Source: Acidimicrobiales bacterium (GTDB taxonomy: Bacteria; Actinomycetota; Acidimicrobiia; Acidimicrobiales; CADCSY01). From it: a DNA stretch of 46,280 nt. Of this stretch, positions 37,395 to 46,280 are shown one piece after another (the stretch's first letter is position 1; each line of letters starts with the position of its first letter). The DNA lies in contig JBBSLT010000003.1 in the NCBI GenBank assembly GCA_038233555.1, positions 1-46,280 of the forward strand, written 5' to 3'. A program made the position numbers and the translations under genes. The notes under the pieces were generated by a model. That model had not been told where the DNA came from and did no database searches. It worked only from the letters and a program-made list of their open reading frames with translations.

Positions 37395-38635
37395 CTCGCC
37401 CGGCGGCTGCCGCCGGCGGAACGAGCCGGGGGCCCACCACGGCGGCGGGCCGCTTTAGGCCGGTCAGCTCCACCACGAGGCGGGCCGGCCGAGACGCTGG
37501 CCAGGTGGCGCTCATGGGCCATGTCGCCGACGTCGGCCGCCTCCACCCGGCGGGGCAGGCCGAGGCGAGCCTGGAGGGTGTCGACGTCGACCACCTGCTC
37601 CCGGCCGACCAGGGACACGACCGTGCCGGACGTGCCGGCCCGGCCGGTTCGTCCCGAGCGGTGTACGTAGTCCTTCTCGTCGGCCGGGGGGTCGAAGTGC
37701 ACGACGCAGGCCACGCCGTCGACATGGATCCCCCGGGCGGCGATGTCGGTGGCCACCAGGGCCTGGACCCGTCCTGAGGCGAAGGCGGCCAACGCCCGCT
37801 CCCGCTGGGCCTGCGAGCGGTTCCCGTGCATGGCGGCGGACTTGATCCCCAGCCGGGCGAGCTGGTCGGCCAGACGGTCAGCGCCTCGCTTCGTCCGACA
37901 GAACACCAGGGCGGGCCACTCGGCGCCGACGACCTGGACGGTGAGGGCCACTCGTTGGGGGCGCTCCGCCCACCAGAAGAGGTGGCGGCTGAGAACCTCG
38001 TCGCTTTGTGGGGCCAACTCGTGGCGGATCGGATCGTGCTGGTACCGGCGGACGAGGACGTCGACGGCACCGTCGAGGGTGGCCGAGAACAGCAGGGTCT
38101 GGCGCTGGGTGGTCACCTGATCGAGCAGGCGTCGGACCTCGGGCAGGAAGCCCATATCGGCCATGCGGTCGGCCTCGTCGATGACCACGAAGTCGACCTC
38201 GTCGAGACGGGCCTCGCCCTTGGCCACGAGGTCAGCTAGGCGACCGGGACAGGCGACGACCACGTCCGCTCCGCTGCGCAGCGCCTCGATCTGGGGGCCG
38301 TAGCCCACCCCGCCGTAGATGGCGGTGACCGAACGGCCCCGGGCCGAGCTCAACATGTGAAGCTCCTTGCGGACCTGGGAGGCGAGCTCCCGGGTGGGGA
38401 CGAGGACCAAGCCACGAGGACGGCGGGACCGGGCCTTGCCCACGCGGGCGATCAGGGGGATGCCAAAGGCCAGGGTCTTGCCCGAGCCGGTGGGGGCCCG
38501 GCCGCACAGGTCGCGCCCGGCCAGGGCGTCGGCGAGCGTCGCCGACTGGATGGGGAAGGGTTCGGTGATGCCTCGACGAGTGAGGCGGGCGACGATGTCG
38601 GCGGGAACGCCGAGATCGGCAAAGGTGACAGACAC
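37391..38635 (-). CDS. DEAD-box RNA helicase
   Basis: PFPIQ, TGSGKT, PTRELA, DEADRM, SAT, ARGI, HRSGRTGR; RBS GGAG before GTG 38635. Confidence 0.96.
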   Translation of the reverse strand: MSVTFADLGVPADIVARLTRRGITEPFPIQSATLADALAGRDLCGRAPTGSGKTLAFGIPLIARVGKARSRRPRGLVLVPTRELASQVRKELHMLSSARGRSVTAIYGGVGYGPQIEALRSGADVVVACPGRLADLVAKGEARLDEVDFVVIDEADRMADMGFLPEVRRLLDQVTTQRQTLLFSATLDGAVDVLVRRYQHDPIRHELAPQSDEVLSRHLFWWAERPQRVALTVQVVGAEWPALVFCRTKRGADRLADQLARLGIKSAAMHGNRSQAQRERALAAFASGRVQALVATDIAARGIHVDGVACVVHFDPPADEKDYVHRSGRTGRAGTSGTVVSLVGREQVVDVDTLQARLGLPRRVEAADVGDMAHERHLASVSAGPPRGGADRPKAARRRGGPPARSAGGSRRAS

Positions 38636-38861
38636 TGATGAACTCCGATGTGAACCGGCGCACCGAGCGCGGCGGGCGGTGGGCGTGATGACCCGGGACA
38701 GGCCGGGGGGCGAAGTGCCCGCGCAGCCCACTGGGGCAGAGCCACCAGCGTTGCCATGGTAGCGGGGCACCGCCAGGGGAGCGATCCTCTGTGGCTTCCT
38801 CTAGAGTGAGGGGGATGAGGAAGTCAGTCGGACTTGCTCGCTGTGTAGAGAAGAGAAGGCA

Positions 38862-39062
38862 ATGGCAACTGGAACCGTAAAGTTCTTCAACGCTGAGAAG
38901 GGCTACGGCTTCATCTCCCGTGAGCAGGGCGACGACGTGTTCGTCCACTACTCCAACATCCAGGGGAGCGGCTACCGGTCGCTCGACGAGGGCCAGCACG
39001 TCGAGTTCGACGTGGCCCCCGGCCGCAAGGGCGAGGAAGCCCAGAACGTCCGGGCCATCTGA
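38862..39062 (+). CDS. Cold-shock protein (CspA family)
   Basis: [27 protein letters not shown]. Confidence 0.97.
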   Translation: MATGTVKFFNAEKGYGFISREQGDDVFVHYSNIQGSGYRSLDEGQHVEFDVAPGRKGEEAQNVRAI

Positions 39063-39078
39063 GTCCCCTGCCGATCCG

Positions 39079-39108
39079 CAGAGCCGCCGGCAGGGTCCGG
39101 CGGCTCTG
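39079..39108 (+). terminator. Hairpin after the cold-shock gene
   Basis: CAGAGCCGCCGG/CCGGCGGCTCTG 12-bp stem, 6-nt loop, weak U tail. Confidence 0.6.
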
Positions 39109-39158
39109 TCGCGTCTGAAGACCCACGGACCCAGTAGGTCAGTAGGAAGGAGAACCGC

Positions 39159-39434
39159 ATGGGCTCGCAACGAACGAGCTTTGCCAAGCTGCAACGGGAT
39201 CGAGCCAAGAAGGCGAAGGCCGCAGCCAAGCGTGAGACGCGCCTGGAGCGCGTGGACCCCGACGAAGCCGAGCCGATCGAGATCGGGCCCGAGGATGGTA
39301 CCCACGAGCTGTCGGCCCAAGAGCTCTTGGTCCTGATCGAGCAGATCCACAACCAGTACGACGCCAAGCAGATCAGCTTGGACGACTTCGAGGAACGCAA
39401 AGCCGACCTCCTCGCTCGCCTGCCCATCGATTGA
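39159..39434 (+). CDS. Hypothetical protein with basic N-terminal and acidic C-terminal halves
   Basis: RBS AAGGAG; MGSQRTSFAKLQRDRAKKAKAAAKRE. Confidence 0.75.
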   Translation: MGSQRTSFAKLQRDRAKKAKAAAKRETRLERVDPDEAEPIEIGPEDGTHELSAQELLVLIEQIHNQYDAKQISLDDFEERKADLLARLPID

Positions 39435-39454
39435 CCGACCCCGACGGGGGGTAG
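39429..39454 (+). promoter_or_regulatory. Possible SigF/SigB-type promoter
   Basis: GATT-N16-GGGTAG upstream of the SRPBCC gene. Confidence 0.45.
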
Positions 39455-39485
39455 GCCGAGGGAACCGCAACCGAGGAGATCCCCC

Positions 39486-39932
39486 ATGGACAACATCGAC
39501 CAGTCGATCGACGTGAACGTCCCGGTCCGGACCGCCTATGACCAGTGGACGCAGTTCGAGTCCTTCCCGCAGTTCATGGAAGGTGTGGAAGAGGTCACCC
39601 AGGTCAACGCCACCCGTTCCCGCTGGCGTACCGAGATCGGTGGCGTCACCCGCGAGTTCCACGCCGAGATCACCGAGCAGGTGCCTGATCGCCTCATCGC
39701 CTGGCGGGCGGTGGATGGTCCGGACCAGGGCGGAGTGGTCACCTTCGCGCCCACCGATGATGGGGGCACGACGATCGCCCTCGAGATCGACTACGAGCCG
39801 GAGGGCTTCACCGAGAAGGCAGGGGACAAGCTGGGCCTCGTCAAGCACCGGGTCAAGGGCGACCTCAAGCGCTTCAAGGAGTTCATGGAGCAGCGCGGGG
39901 CGGAGACCGGTGCCTGGAGGGGCGAGGTCTAA
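39486..39932 (+). CDS. SRPBCC/polyketide cyclase-like protein
   Basis: AYDQWTQFESFPQFMEGV, ITEQVPDRLIAW, GDLKRFKEFME, TGAWRGEV. Confidence 0.92.
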   Translation: MDNIDQSIDVNVPVRTAYDQWTQFESFPQFMEGVEEVTQVNATRSRWRTEIGGVTREFHAEITEQVPDRLIAWRAVDGPDQGGVVTFAPTDDGGTTIALEIDYEPEGFTEKAGDKLGLVKHRVKGDLKRFKEFMEQRGAETGAWRGEV

Positions 39933-39992
39933 ACCTCGTCTACCTGCGGTGGCTGCGGCGCCGTGGCCGCCATCGTCGGCCAAACTGTGGCC

Positions 39993-40346
39993 ATGGACCA
40001 GCCAGATCCCTATCTCCCAGAGTTGGACCCGGCGTCCCCATTGGCCGCCGAGGCTGCTGCTTCTGCCCGGGAGCTGGTCACCGCCTTCCTAGGGCACAAC
40101 GATGATCCCATCCTGCTCCGGGTGGTCCTGCGCACAACCTTGGCGGAGCTCTACGATGGTCTGAATCCGTCAGCGGTCCAGACCGAGCGGGCGGCGGCCT
40201 TGCTGTGCTCGCTCGTCGCACTGTTAGGGGTGGCCCTCTCCGGGGTCGGCCAGCTTGCCATCGAAGAGGGCGGCGAGGAGATCGAGGTGGCCAAGGTCTT
40301 CGAGCAGCTCGCGGCCAGCGCCATCGATGACGGCCTCACCTTCTGA
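39993..40346 (+). CDS. Hypothetical protein
   Basis: Helical ORF filling the intergenic space. Confidence 0.5.
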   Translation: MDQPDPYLPELDPASPLAAEAAASARELVTAFLGHNDDPILLRVVLRTTLAELYDGLNPSAVQTERAAALLCSLVALLGVALSGVGQLAIEEGGEEIEVAKVFEQLAASAIDDGLTF

Positions 40347-40352
40347 CGCTCG

Positions 40353-40592
40353 TCAGAGCTCCACGCCGAAGCCCGCCGCCATGCGGGCCGCTTCGCCAGG
40401 GCTCAAACGGGTGCACCAGCCGCCGGGCGGGTGGTCATCGGAGAGCGCCGAGATGTCGATGACGGCCTCCACGGGTGCCGGCGCCCACTCCATCCTCTTG
40501 AGGATCTCCGAGTGGTCACGGTCTCCCTCGGGATGGCGCAGCAGGAAACCGGCCCAGCGAAAGTACCGGTACTCGGTGACGGCCTCGGTCAC
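40353..40592 (-). CDS. Hypothetical protein
   Basis: GTG overlaps upstream TGA with AAAG upstream; protein-like composition. Confidence 0.5.
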   Translation of the reverse strand: MTEAVTEYRYFRWAGFLLRHPEGDRDHSEILKRMEWAPAPVEAVIDISALSDDHPPGGWCTRLSPGEAARMAAGFGVEL

Positions 40593-40876
40593 CTTTCGAC
40601 CCACCGGATGGCCTGGGTCGACATGGTGTAGCAGTGGGGGCACTGGGGCCTGACCCACGCCTGGGTCTCCCAGTCACAGTGCTCGCAGCGCCACACCGCC
40701 CGGCCTCGGGTGAGGCCTTCGGGCGCAGTCAGGGGAGGCCCTGGTGGCGTGTCGGCGGGGACGTCGGCCGGCTCGGGAGCACCGAGCAGGCGCCGGAGCT
40801 CGTCGGAGGCCTGAGACGCCGTATTGGGCGCCCGACGGGGTTCTTCAGGCTGGTCAGAACTCGATAGGTGGGTCAT
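40589..40876 (-). CDS. Small zinc-ribbon protein
   Basis: CEHC...CPHC. Confidence 0.55.
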   Translation of the reverse strand: MTHLSSSDQPEEPRRAPNTASQASDELRRLLGAPEPADVPADTPPGPPLTAPEGLTRGRAVWRCEHCDWETQAWVRPQCPHCYTMSTQAIRWVER

Positions 40877-40959
40877 CGATTCAGCACCTTTGTCACTCCC
40901 TGGAGTCCCACTGCGCCCAGGGTAGAGGGCGCGCAACCGGGCTGGGGTACCGTCGAGCT

Positions 40960-41709
40960 GTGTGTGGGCGCTACACCTCGGTCACTCCGGCGGCGGCGCT
41001 GGCCCGTTTCTTCGATGTCGACGAGGTGATGGCCGACGACCTGGGTGCCCGCTACAACGTCGCCCCCAGCCAGCAGGTGTACGCCGTCGCCCGCCGGGGG
41101 CCCACGACCACGTTGGGATCGCTGCGCTGGGGTCTCGTCCCCTCTTGGGCCGACGATCCTCGGATCGGGTCGCGGCTGATCAACGCCCGGGCCGAATCGG
41201 TCGCCGAGCGGCCGGCGTTCCGCCAGGCGTTTGCCCGCCGCCGCTGTCTCGTCCCCGCTGACGGCTTCTACGAATGGCAGGTGGGCCCGGCCAAGGCGGC
41301 CCGTCAGCCTTGGTACATCCGCCATCGAGACGGACGGCCGCTGGCCTTCGCCGGGCTGTGGGAGTCGTGGCGACCCCGTGGTGGCGCCAGTGCCGCCGGC
41401 GATGGCGATGGCGGCGATCGCAGCCAAGGCCGGCGCATCGTCTCGGCCGCCATCGTCACCACCACCGCCAACGAGGCCCTAGCCGGGCTGCACGACCGGA
41501 TGCCGGTGGTGTTGGCGCCTTCCTCCTGGGAGGCCTGGCTCGATCCCGCCAACGATGACCTCGCCGCCCTCCAACGCTTGTTGACGCCGGCACCCGCCGC
41601 GCACTTCCAATGTCTGGCGGTACGTCCCCTCGTCAACAAGGTGGCCAACGAGGGTCCGGAGCTGCTGGTCCCGGCCGATGTCGGGACTCTGGTCGAGGAC
41701 CGGGCCTGA
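40960..41709 (+). CDS. SOS response-associated peptidase (SRAP/YedK abasic-site protein)
   Basis: (M)CGRY, RYNVAPSQ, WGLVPSWA, INARAE, GFYEW, HDRMPV. Confidence 0.95.
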   Translation: MCGRYTSVTPAAALARFFDVDEVMADDLGARYNVAPSQQVYAVARRGPTTTLGSLRWGLVPSWADDPRIGSRLINARAESVAERPAFRQAFARRRCLVPADGFYEWQVGPAKAARQPWYIRHRDGRPLAFAGLWESWRPRGGASAAGDGDGGDRSQGRRIVSAAIVTTTANEALAGLHDRMPVVLAPSSWEAWLDPANDDLAALQRLLTPAPAAHFQCLAVRPLVNKVANEGPELLVPADVGTLVEDRA

Positions 41710-42338
41710 TGGACGAGAGCGGGCCCGGCCACAGGACGTCAGCCAGCGACACGTCAGGCAACGGCGAGGATCGCATCCTCACTGCGCCCAACGTCATCAC
41801 CCTGGTCCGGCTGGCCCTGATCCCGGTCTTCTTGTGGTTGTTGTTCGGTCGGGAGAACCGGGCCGCCGCCGCAGCCCTGCTGGGTGCGCTCGGCGCCACC
41901 GACTGGCTCGACGGCTTCATCGCCCGGCGCTACCACCAGGTCACCACCCTCGGCAAGGTGCTCGACCCGGTGGCCGACCGCCTGCTGCTGGCGGTGGGGG
42001 TGGTGAGCATCGTCATCGACGGCTCGGTCCCCCTGATCGTGGCCGTCCTCGCCATCGTGCGTGAGTCCCTGGTGGCCGTGGCCGCCGTGGTGCTCGCCGC
42101 CATGGGTGCCCGGCGCATCGACGTCACCCTGATGGGCAAGGCCGGTACGTTCTGCCTGCTGACGTCGTTCCCGTTGTTCCTGGCGTCGGAGTCGACGTTG
42201 TCGTGGGCCGGGTGGGCCGAGGTGGCGGCCTGGTGCTTCGTCGTGCCCGGCTTGGTCCTCGGCTACGTGTCCCTGGCCGGATACGTGCCCATGGCGAAGC
42301 GGGCGCTGGCCGGGCGTGGGGTAGGTTCCGAGCCGTGA
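41709..42338 (+). CDS. pgsA: CDP-alcohol phosphatidyltransferase
   Basis: PNVITLVRL, TDWLDGFIARR..GKVLDPVADR. Confidence 0.92.
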   Translation: MDESGPGHRTSASDTSGNGEDRILTAPNVITLVRLALIPVFLWLLFGRENRAAAAALLGALGATDWLDGFIARRYHQVTTLGKVLDPVADRLLLAVGVVSIVIDGSVPLIVAVLAIVRESLVAVAAVVLAAMGARRIDVTLMGKAGTFCLLTSFPLFLASESTLSWAGWAEVAAWCFVVPGLVLGYVSLAGYVPMAKRALAGRGVGSEP

Positions 42339-44827
42339 AGGCCGTGATCATGGCGGGGGGCGAGGGTACGAGGTTGCGCCCCCTGACCTCCAACCAACCC
42401 AAGCCGATGATGCCCCTGGCCAACCGGCCGATGATGGAGCACATCGTGATGCTCCTCCAGCGCCACGGGTTCGACGACATCGTGATCACCGTCGCCTTCA
42501 TGGCCAACAACATCCGCACTTACTTCGGCGATGGCTCGGAGTTCGGGGTGCGCATGGCCTACGCAACCGAGGAGACGCCCCTCGGGACCGCCGGTTCGGT
42601 CCGCAACGCCATGGACGAGCTCGACGAGCGCTTCCTCGTCATCTCCGGCGACGTCCTCACCGATATCGACCTGTCCGAGATCGTGGCTTTCCACGATCGC
42701 CGGGGGGCACTCGCCACCATTGGGCTGACGGCCGTGGAGAACCCCCTCGAGTTCGGCATCGTCATCACCGCCGACGACGGGTCCATCGAGCGCTTCCTCG
42801 AGAAGCCGACCTGGGGCCAGGTGTTCAGCGATACCGTCAACAACGGGATCTTCGTGCTGGAGCCCGAGATCTTCGACTTCATCCCCCCCGAACGTCCCGT
42901 CGACTTCTCGGCCGAGGTCTTTCCCGCCCTTCTGGCTCAGGGCAAGGCGCTCTACGGCCATGTGAGCGAGGGCTACTGGGAGGACGTCGGCACCCTCGAG
43001 GCCTACATGCGGGCGCATGCCGACGTGCTCGACGGCAAGGTGGAGGTCGACGTCCCCGGCTTTCGCCTCGAGGGAGGCATCTGGTTGGGAGAAGGAGCCG
43101 AGGTCCACCCCGACGCCGACGTCGTGGGCCCCGCCGTGGTGGGCGACAACGCCAGGGTGGAGGCGGGCACGCGCCTCGGCCCTTACACCGTGTTGGGCTC
43201 CAACGTCATGGTGCGTCCCGACGCCGACCTGGAGCGAGTGGTGGTGCACGACAACGCCTACCTGGGGGCGGGGGTACGGGCCACCGGGGCGGTCATAGGC
43301 CGTTCGTCCGACCTGCGGGCGGGAGTGCGCTGTGAGGAGGGCGTGGTGCTCGGCGACGAGTGCTTCGTAGGCACCCGGGCGGTGCTCACCGCCGGCGTGA
43401 AGGTCTACCCGAACAAGGCGGTGGAGGCCGGTGCCATCGTCAACTCCTCGCTGGTGTGGGAGAGCCGGGGAGCGCGCGACCTATTCGGGCGCCTGGGGGT
43501 GGCAGGGCTGGCCAACGTCGACATCACCCCCGAGCTCGCCACCAGGGTGGCCATGGCCTACGCCACCACCATGAAGAAGGGCGCACGGGTCACCACCTCG
43601 CGGGACTCCAGCCGCTCGGCTCGCATGCTCAAGCGGGCGGTCATGGCCGGGCTCAACGGAGCGGGGATCAACGTCGAGGACCTGGAGGTGGCGTCGGTAC
43701 CGGTCACCCGGTTCCAGGTGCGCTCGCAGCGGTCCCAGGGCGGCATCACCGTGCGCCTGGTGGCCGGTGACGCCCAGTCGGTGGTGCTCCGGTTCTTCGA
43801 CGACACTGGCAACGACATCTCCACCGACCTGGCTCGCAAGGTAGAGCGCCTGTACTACCGGGAGGACTTCCGGCGGGTCTATCCGGGCGAGATCGGCGAC
43901 ATCGACTTCCCACCGCGCTCCCTCGAGTTCTACACCGCGGCCCTGATGGCCTCGTTCGACTCTGCCCTGGTGCGCAGCTCCGGCTTCAAGGTGGTGGTCG
44001 ACTATGCGCACGGCACCACGGCCTTCGTCATGCCCAACGTGTTGGCCAAGTTGGGGGCCGAGGTCCTGGCCGTGAACCCCTATTCATCGACGCCGGGAGC
44101 CACCTCGTTCGATCGCGACACCCACGCCGCCAACGTCAGCTCCTTGGTCCGTTCGTCGGGCTCGCAGTTGGGCGTGGTCATCGACCCCGACGGCGAGCAC
44201 ATCACCTTCATCGACGACGAGGGCCATGTGCTCGACGACGCCGAGGCGCTGCTGGCCATGGTGCAACTGGTGGCCATGACCACCGAGACGGGCTGTCGCA
44301 TCGCCCTGCCCCTCACCGTGTCGGCTGAGGCCGAGCGCCTCGCCGAGGGCCTCGGTGCCGAGATCGTCTGGACCAAGGTCGACACGGCCGCCCTGATGGC
44401 CTCGGCCCAGGCCGACGACGTGGTCCTGGCCGCCAGCCTCGACGGCGGGTTCATCTTCCCCTCGTTCCTACCTGCGTTCGATGCCGTGGCCGCCTTCGCC
44501 AAGGTCCTGGAGATGCTGGCCCGTGCCGGCAGCCGGCTCTCCAAGGTGGTGGCCAGCCTGCCCCCGACCCATGTGGCGCACCGGCGGGTGAACACCCCGT
44601 GGGAGCACAAGGGCAGCGTCATGCGCACGCTGGTCGAGGAGACGGATCAGCCGATGGTGCTCCTCGACGGGGTGAAGGTGCTCTACGATGATGGCTGGGC
44701 GCTCGCCCTGCCCGACCCCGAAGAGCCGCTGACCCATGTCTGGGCCGAGGCCCAAAGCGACGCCGAAGCCGAGCAGCGGGCAGAGGAGTACGCCGCCCGG
44801 ATCACCCGCATGGTCGGTGTCCGGTAA
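42335..44827 (+). CDS. Mannose-1-phosphate guanylyltransferase / phosphomannomutase-like fusion
   Basis: MAGGEGTRLRPLT..PKP, GTAGSV, SGDVL, hexapeptide repeats, then PMM-like domains (LFG, DPDGE). Confidence 0.9.
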   Translation: MKAVIMAGGEGTRLRPLTSNQPKPMMPLANRPMMEHIVMLLQRHGFDDIVITVAFMANNIRTYFGDGSEFGVRMAYATEETPLGTAGSVRNAMDELDERFLVISGDVLTDIDLSEIVAFHDRRGALATIGLTAVENPLEFGIVITADDGSIERFLEKPTWGQVFSDTVNNGIFVLEPEIFDFIPPERPVDFSAEVFPALLAQGKALYGHVSEGYWEDVGTLEAYMRAHADVLDGKVEVDVPGFRLEGGIWLGEGAEVHPDADVVGPAVVGDNARVEAGTRLGPYTVLGSNVMVRPDADLERVVVHDNAYLGAGVRATGAVIGRSSDLRAGVRCEEGVVLGDECFVGTRAVLTAGVKVYPNKAVEAGAIVNSSLVWESRGARDLFGRLGVAGLANVDITPELATRVAMAYATTMKKGARVTTSRDSSRSARMLKRAVMAGLNGAGINVEDLEVASVPVTRFQVRSQRSQGGITVRLVAGDAQSVVLRFFDDTGNDISTDLARKVERLYYREDFRRVYPGEIGDIDFPPRSLEFYTAALMASFDSALVRSSGFKVVVDYAHGTTAFVMPNVLAKLGAEVLAVNPYSSTPGATSFDRDTHAANVSSLVRSSGSQLGVVIDPDGEHITFIDDEGHVLDDAEALLAMVQLVAMTTETGCRIALPLTVSAEAERLAEGLGAEIVWTKVDTAALMASAQADDVVLAASLDGGFIFPSFLPAFDAVAAFAKVLEMLARAGSRLSKVVASLPPTHVAHRRVNTPWEHKGSVMRTLVEETDQPMVLLDGVKVLYDDGWALALPDPEEPLTHVWAEAQSDAEAEQRAEEYAARITRMVGVR

Positions 44828-44838
44828 CGTCGGGCCTC

Positions 44839-45216
44839 GTGAACGTCCCCGACGACCTGCGCTATTCCCCCGACCACGAGTGGGTGCGAGTGGAAAAGGG
44901 CCAGGCTCGTCTGGGCATCACCGACCACGCCCAGGATGCTTTGGGCGACGTGGTCTTCGTCCAACTGCCGGTGCTGGGCTCGGCGGTCACCGCCGGCTCA
45001 ACCATCAGCGAGGTGGAGTCGACGAAGTCGGTCTCGGAGATCTACGTTCCGCTCACGGGCACGGTGGTGGCAGTGAACGACGAGCTGGGAGACGCTCCCG
45101 AACGTTTGAACGAAGACCCCTACGGCCAGGGTTGGATCTGTTTGCTCGACATGGCCGACCCCAGTGAGCTCGACCGGCTCCTCGACTCCGAGGGTTATCG
45201 CCGTCTCGTCGGTTGA
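44839..45216 (+). CDS. gcvH: Glycine cleavage system H protein
   Basis: HEWV, GITDHAQDALGD, VESTKSVSE, NEDPYGQGW. Confidence 0.97.
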   Translation: MNVPDDLRYSPDHEWVRVEKGQARLGITDHAQDALGDVVFVQLPVLGSAVTAGSTISEVESTKSVSEIYVPLTGTVVAVNDELGDAPERLNEDPYGQGWICLLDMADPSELDRLLDSEGYRRLVG

Positions 45217-45258
45217 GCTGACGACGCCGCGACGATCACAAGCCCCCTAGGAGCCCAC

Positions 45259-45750
45259 GTGGAAGAAGTGTTCTGCAACCAGTGCGGGCATGCCAACCCC
45301 GACAACGCCAACTTCTGCTCTTCGTGCGGTGCACCCCTCGACGTACGCGGCCAAGACCACACCATCACCTTGGCACCGATCGACCCCGAGACCGGTCCGC
45401 CCTCCGAGGAGGTCTCCGTCGCCGTCGACGAGCTTCCTGAGGGTTCGGGGATGTTGGTGATCAAACGAGGACCAGGGGCGGGCTCGCGCTTCGTGCTCGA
45501 TCGATCGCCAATCTCCGCCGGACGTCACCCTGAGAGCGACATCTTTCTCGACGACGTCACCGTCTCGCGGCGCCATGCCGAGTTCGTGGCCCGGGCCGGC
45601 AGCTACGCCCTGTGCGATGCGGGGTCTTTGAACGGCACCTACCTGAACCGGGAGCGCATCGAGGAATGCATGCTGGCCAACGGTGACGAGGTGCAGATCG
45701 GGCGGTTCAAGCTGGTCTTCTTGGACACGTCGACGGCGGGCAGCGAGTGA
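45259..45750 (+). CDS. Zinc-ribbon plus FHA domain protein (GarA/OdhI-like)
   Basis: CNQCG..CSSCG; [30 protein letters not shown]. Confidence 0.9.
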   Translation: MEEVFCNQCGHANPDNANFCSSCGAPLDVRGQDHTITLAPIDPETGPPSEEVSVAVDELPEGSGMLVIKRGPGAGSRFVLDRSPISAGRHPESDIFLDDVTVSRRHAEFVARAGSYALCDAGSLNGTYLNRERIEECMLANGDEVQIGRFKLVFLDTSTAGSE

Positions 45751-46280
45751 ACGGCGGCGCAGCGGAGTCGCGTTCGTTGTCCATCGGGGAGATGCTCGAC
45801 CTGCTCAAGGTTGAGTTTCCCGACGTCACCATCTCCAAGATCCGCTTCTTGGAGAGCCAGGGTTTGCTCGACCCCGAACGCACGGCTTCGGGATACCGCA
45901 AGTTCTATCAAGTCGATGTCGAGCGCCTGCGCTGGATCCTGCGCCAGCAGCGGGAGAACTTCCTGCCCCTCAAGGTCATCAAGGATCGTCTCGAGGCCGA
46001 AGGGGTCTCTTCCGGACCTTCCGCCGCGTTTTCCGAAAAGGCGACCGGCCCGGCTTCGAGTGCCAGCGACCAGCCCCGGTCGGCGCCTGACGCTCCGCCA
46101 TCATCATCATCGTCGTCGCCTCCAGCGCCAACCCCTCCGGCGCCAACCCCTCCGGCGCCAACCCCTCCGGCGCCAACCCCTCCACCGGCACCCCCTCCAC
46201 CGGCACCGCCTGCTTCCCAGGCTGAGCCCGCTCCCATCGCGGCCGAGGTCGAGGCGACGCCCGAGACCTTCAGCCGGGAG
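45747..46280 (+). CDS. MerR family regulator, runs off the window end
   Basis: [43 protein letters not shown]; GTGA overlap; absent from ORF track because no stop in window. Confidence 0.93.
   Translation, partial: MNGGAAESRSLSIGEMLDLLKVEFPDVTISKIRFLESQGLLDPERTASGYRKFYQVDVERLRWILRQQRENFLPLKVIKDRLEAEGVSSGPSAAFSEKATGPASSASDQPRSAPDAPPSSSSSSPPAPTPPAPTPPAPTPPAPTPPPAPPPPAPPASQAEPAPIAAEVEATPETFSRE
46119..46205 (+). repeat. 15-bp tandem repeat encoding PPAPT
   Basis: CCTCCGGCGCCAACC units, degenerate at the ends. Confidence 0.85.

Noticed and set aside
40353-40936. Single frameshifted gene
   Set aside because: GTGA start/stop overlap with a purine-rich upstream sequence fits two coupled genes.

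Overview
High-GC (~70% by eye) actinobacterial chromosome segment; gene content and order suggest Acidimicrobiia (inference). From 5' to 3': (1) an IS110-family element whose 5' non-coding end folds into a two-loop bridge-RNA-like structure, with guide segments that match its own left junction, plus a second structured segment at its 3' end; (2) ~2 kb of fused gene fragments; (3) the core block mihF-gmk-rpoZ-coaBC-metK-priA; (4) two RNA methyltransferases; (5) a cluster encoding a hemerythrin-esterase fusion, a YbdK-type ligase and a peptidase C26; (6) a class A PBP, ArsR regulator and fabF; (7) an ergothioneine operon (egtA, egtB, in-frame egtC-egtD fusion, no egtE) preceded by a short upstream ORF and a MerA-like disulfide reductase; (8) arfB, alkA, an acyl-ACP desaturase with a palindromic operator, and an adenylate kinase; (9) a divergent DEAD-box helicase and cold-shock gene; (10) SRAP, pgsA, manC/manB, gcvH, an FHA gene and a MerR gene. 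No rRNA, tRNA or CRISPR array was seen. Strongest candidates for novelty: the decodable IS110 RNA guides with a second convergent end structure, the EgtC-EgtD fusion operon, and the hemerythrin-esterase/YbdK/C26 cluster. All family calls come from motif recognition by eye, not database searches.
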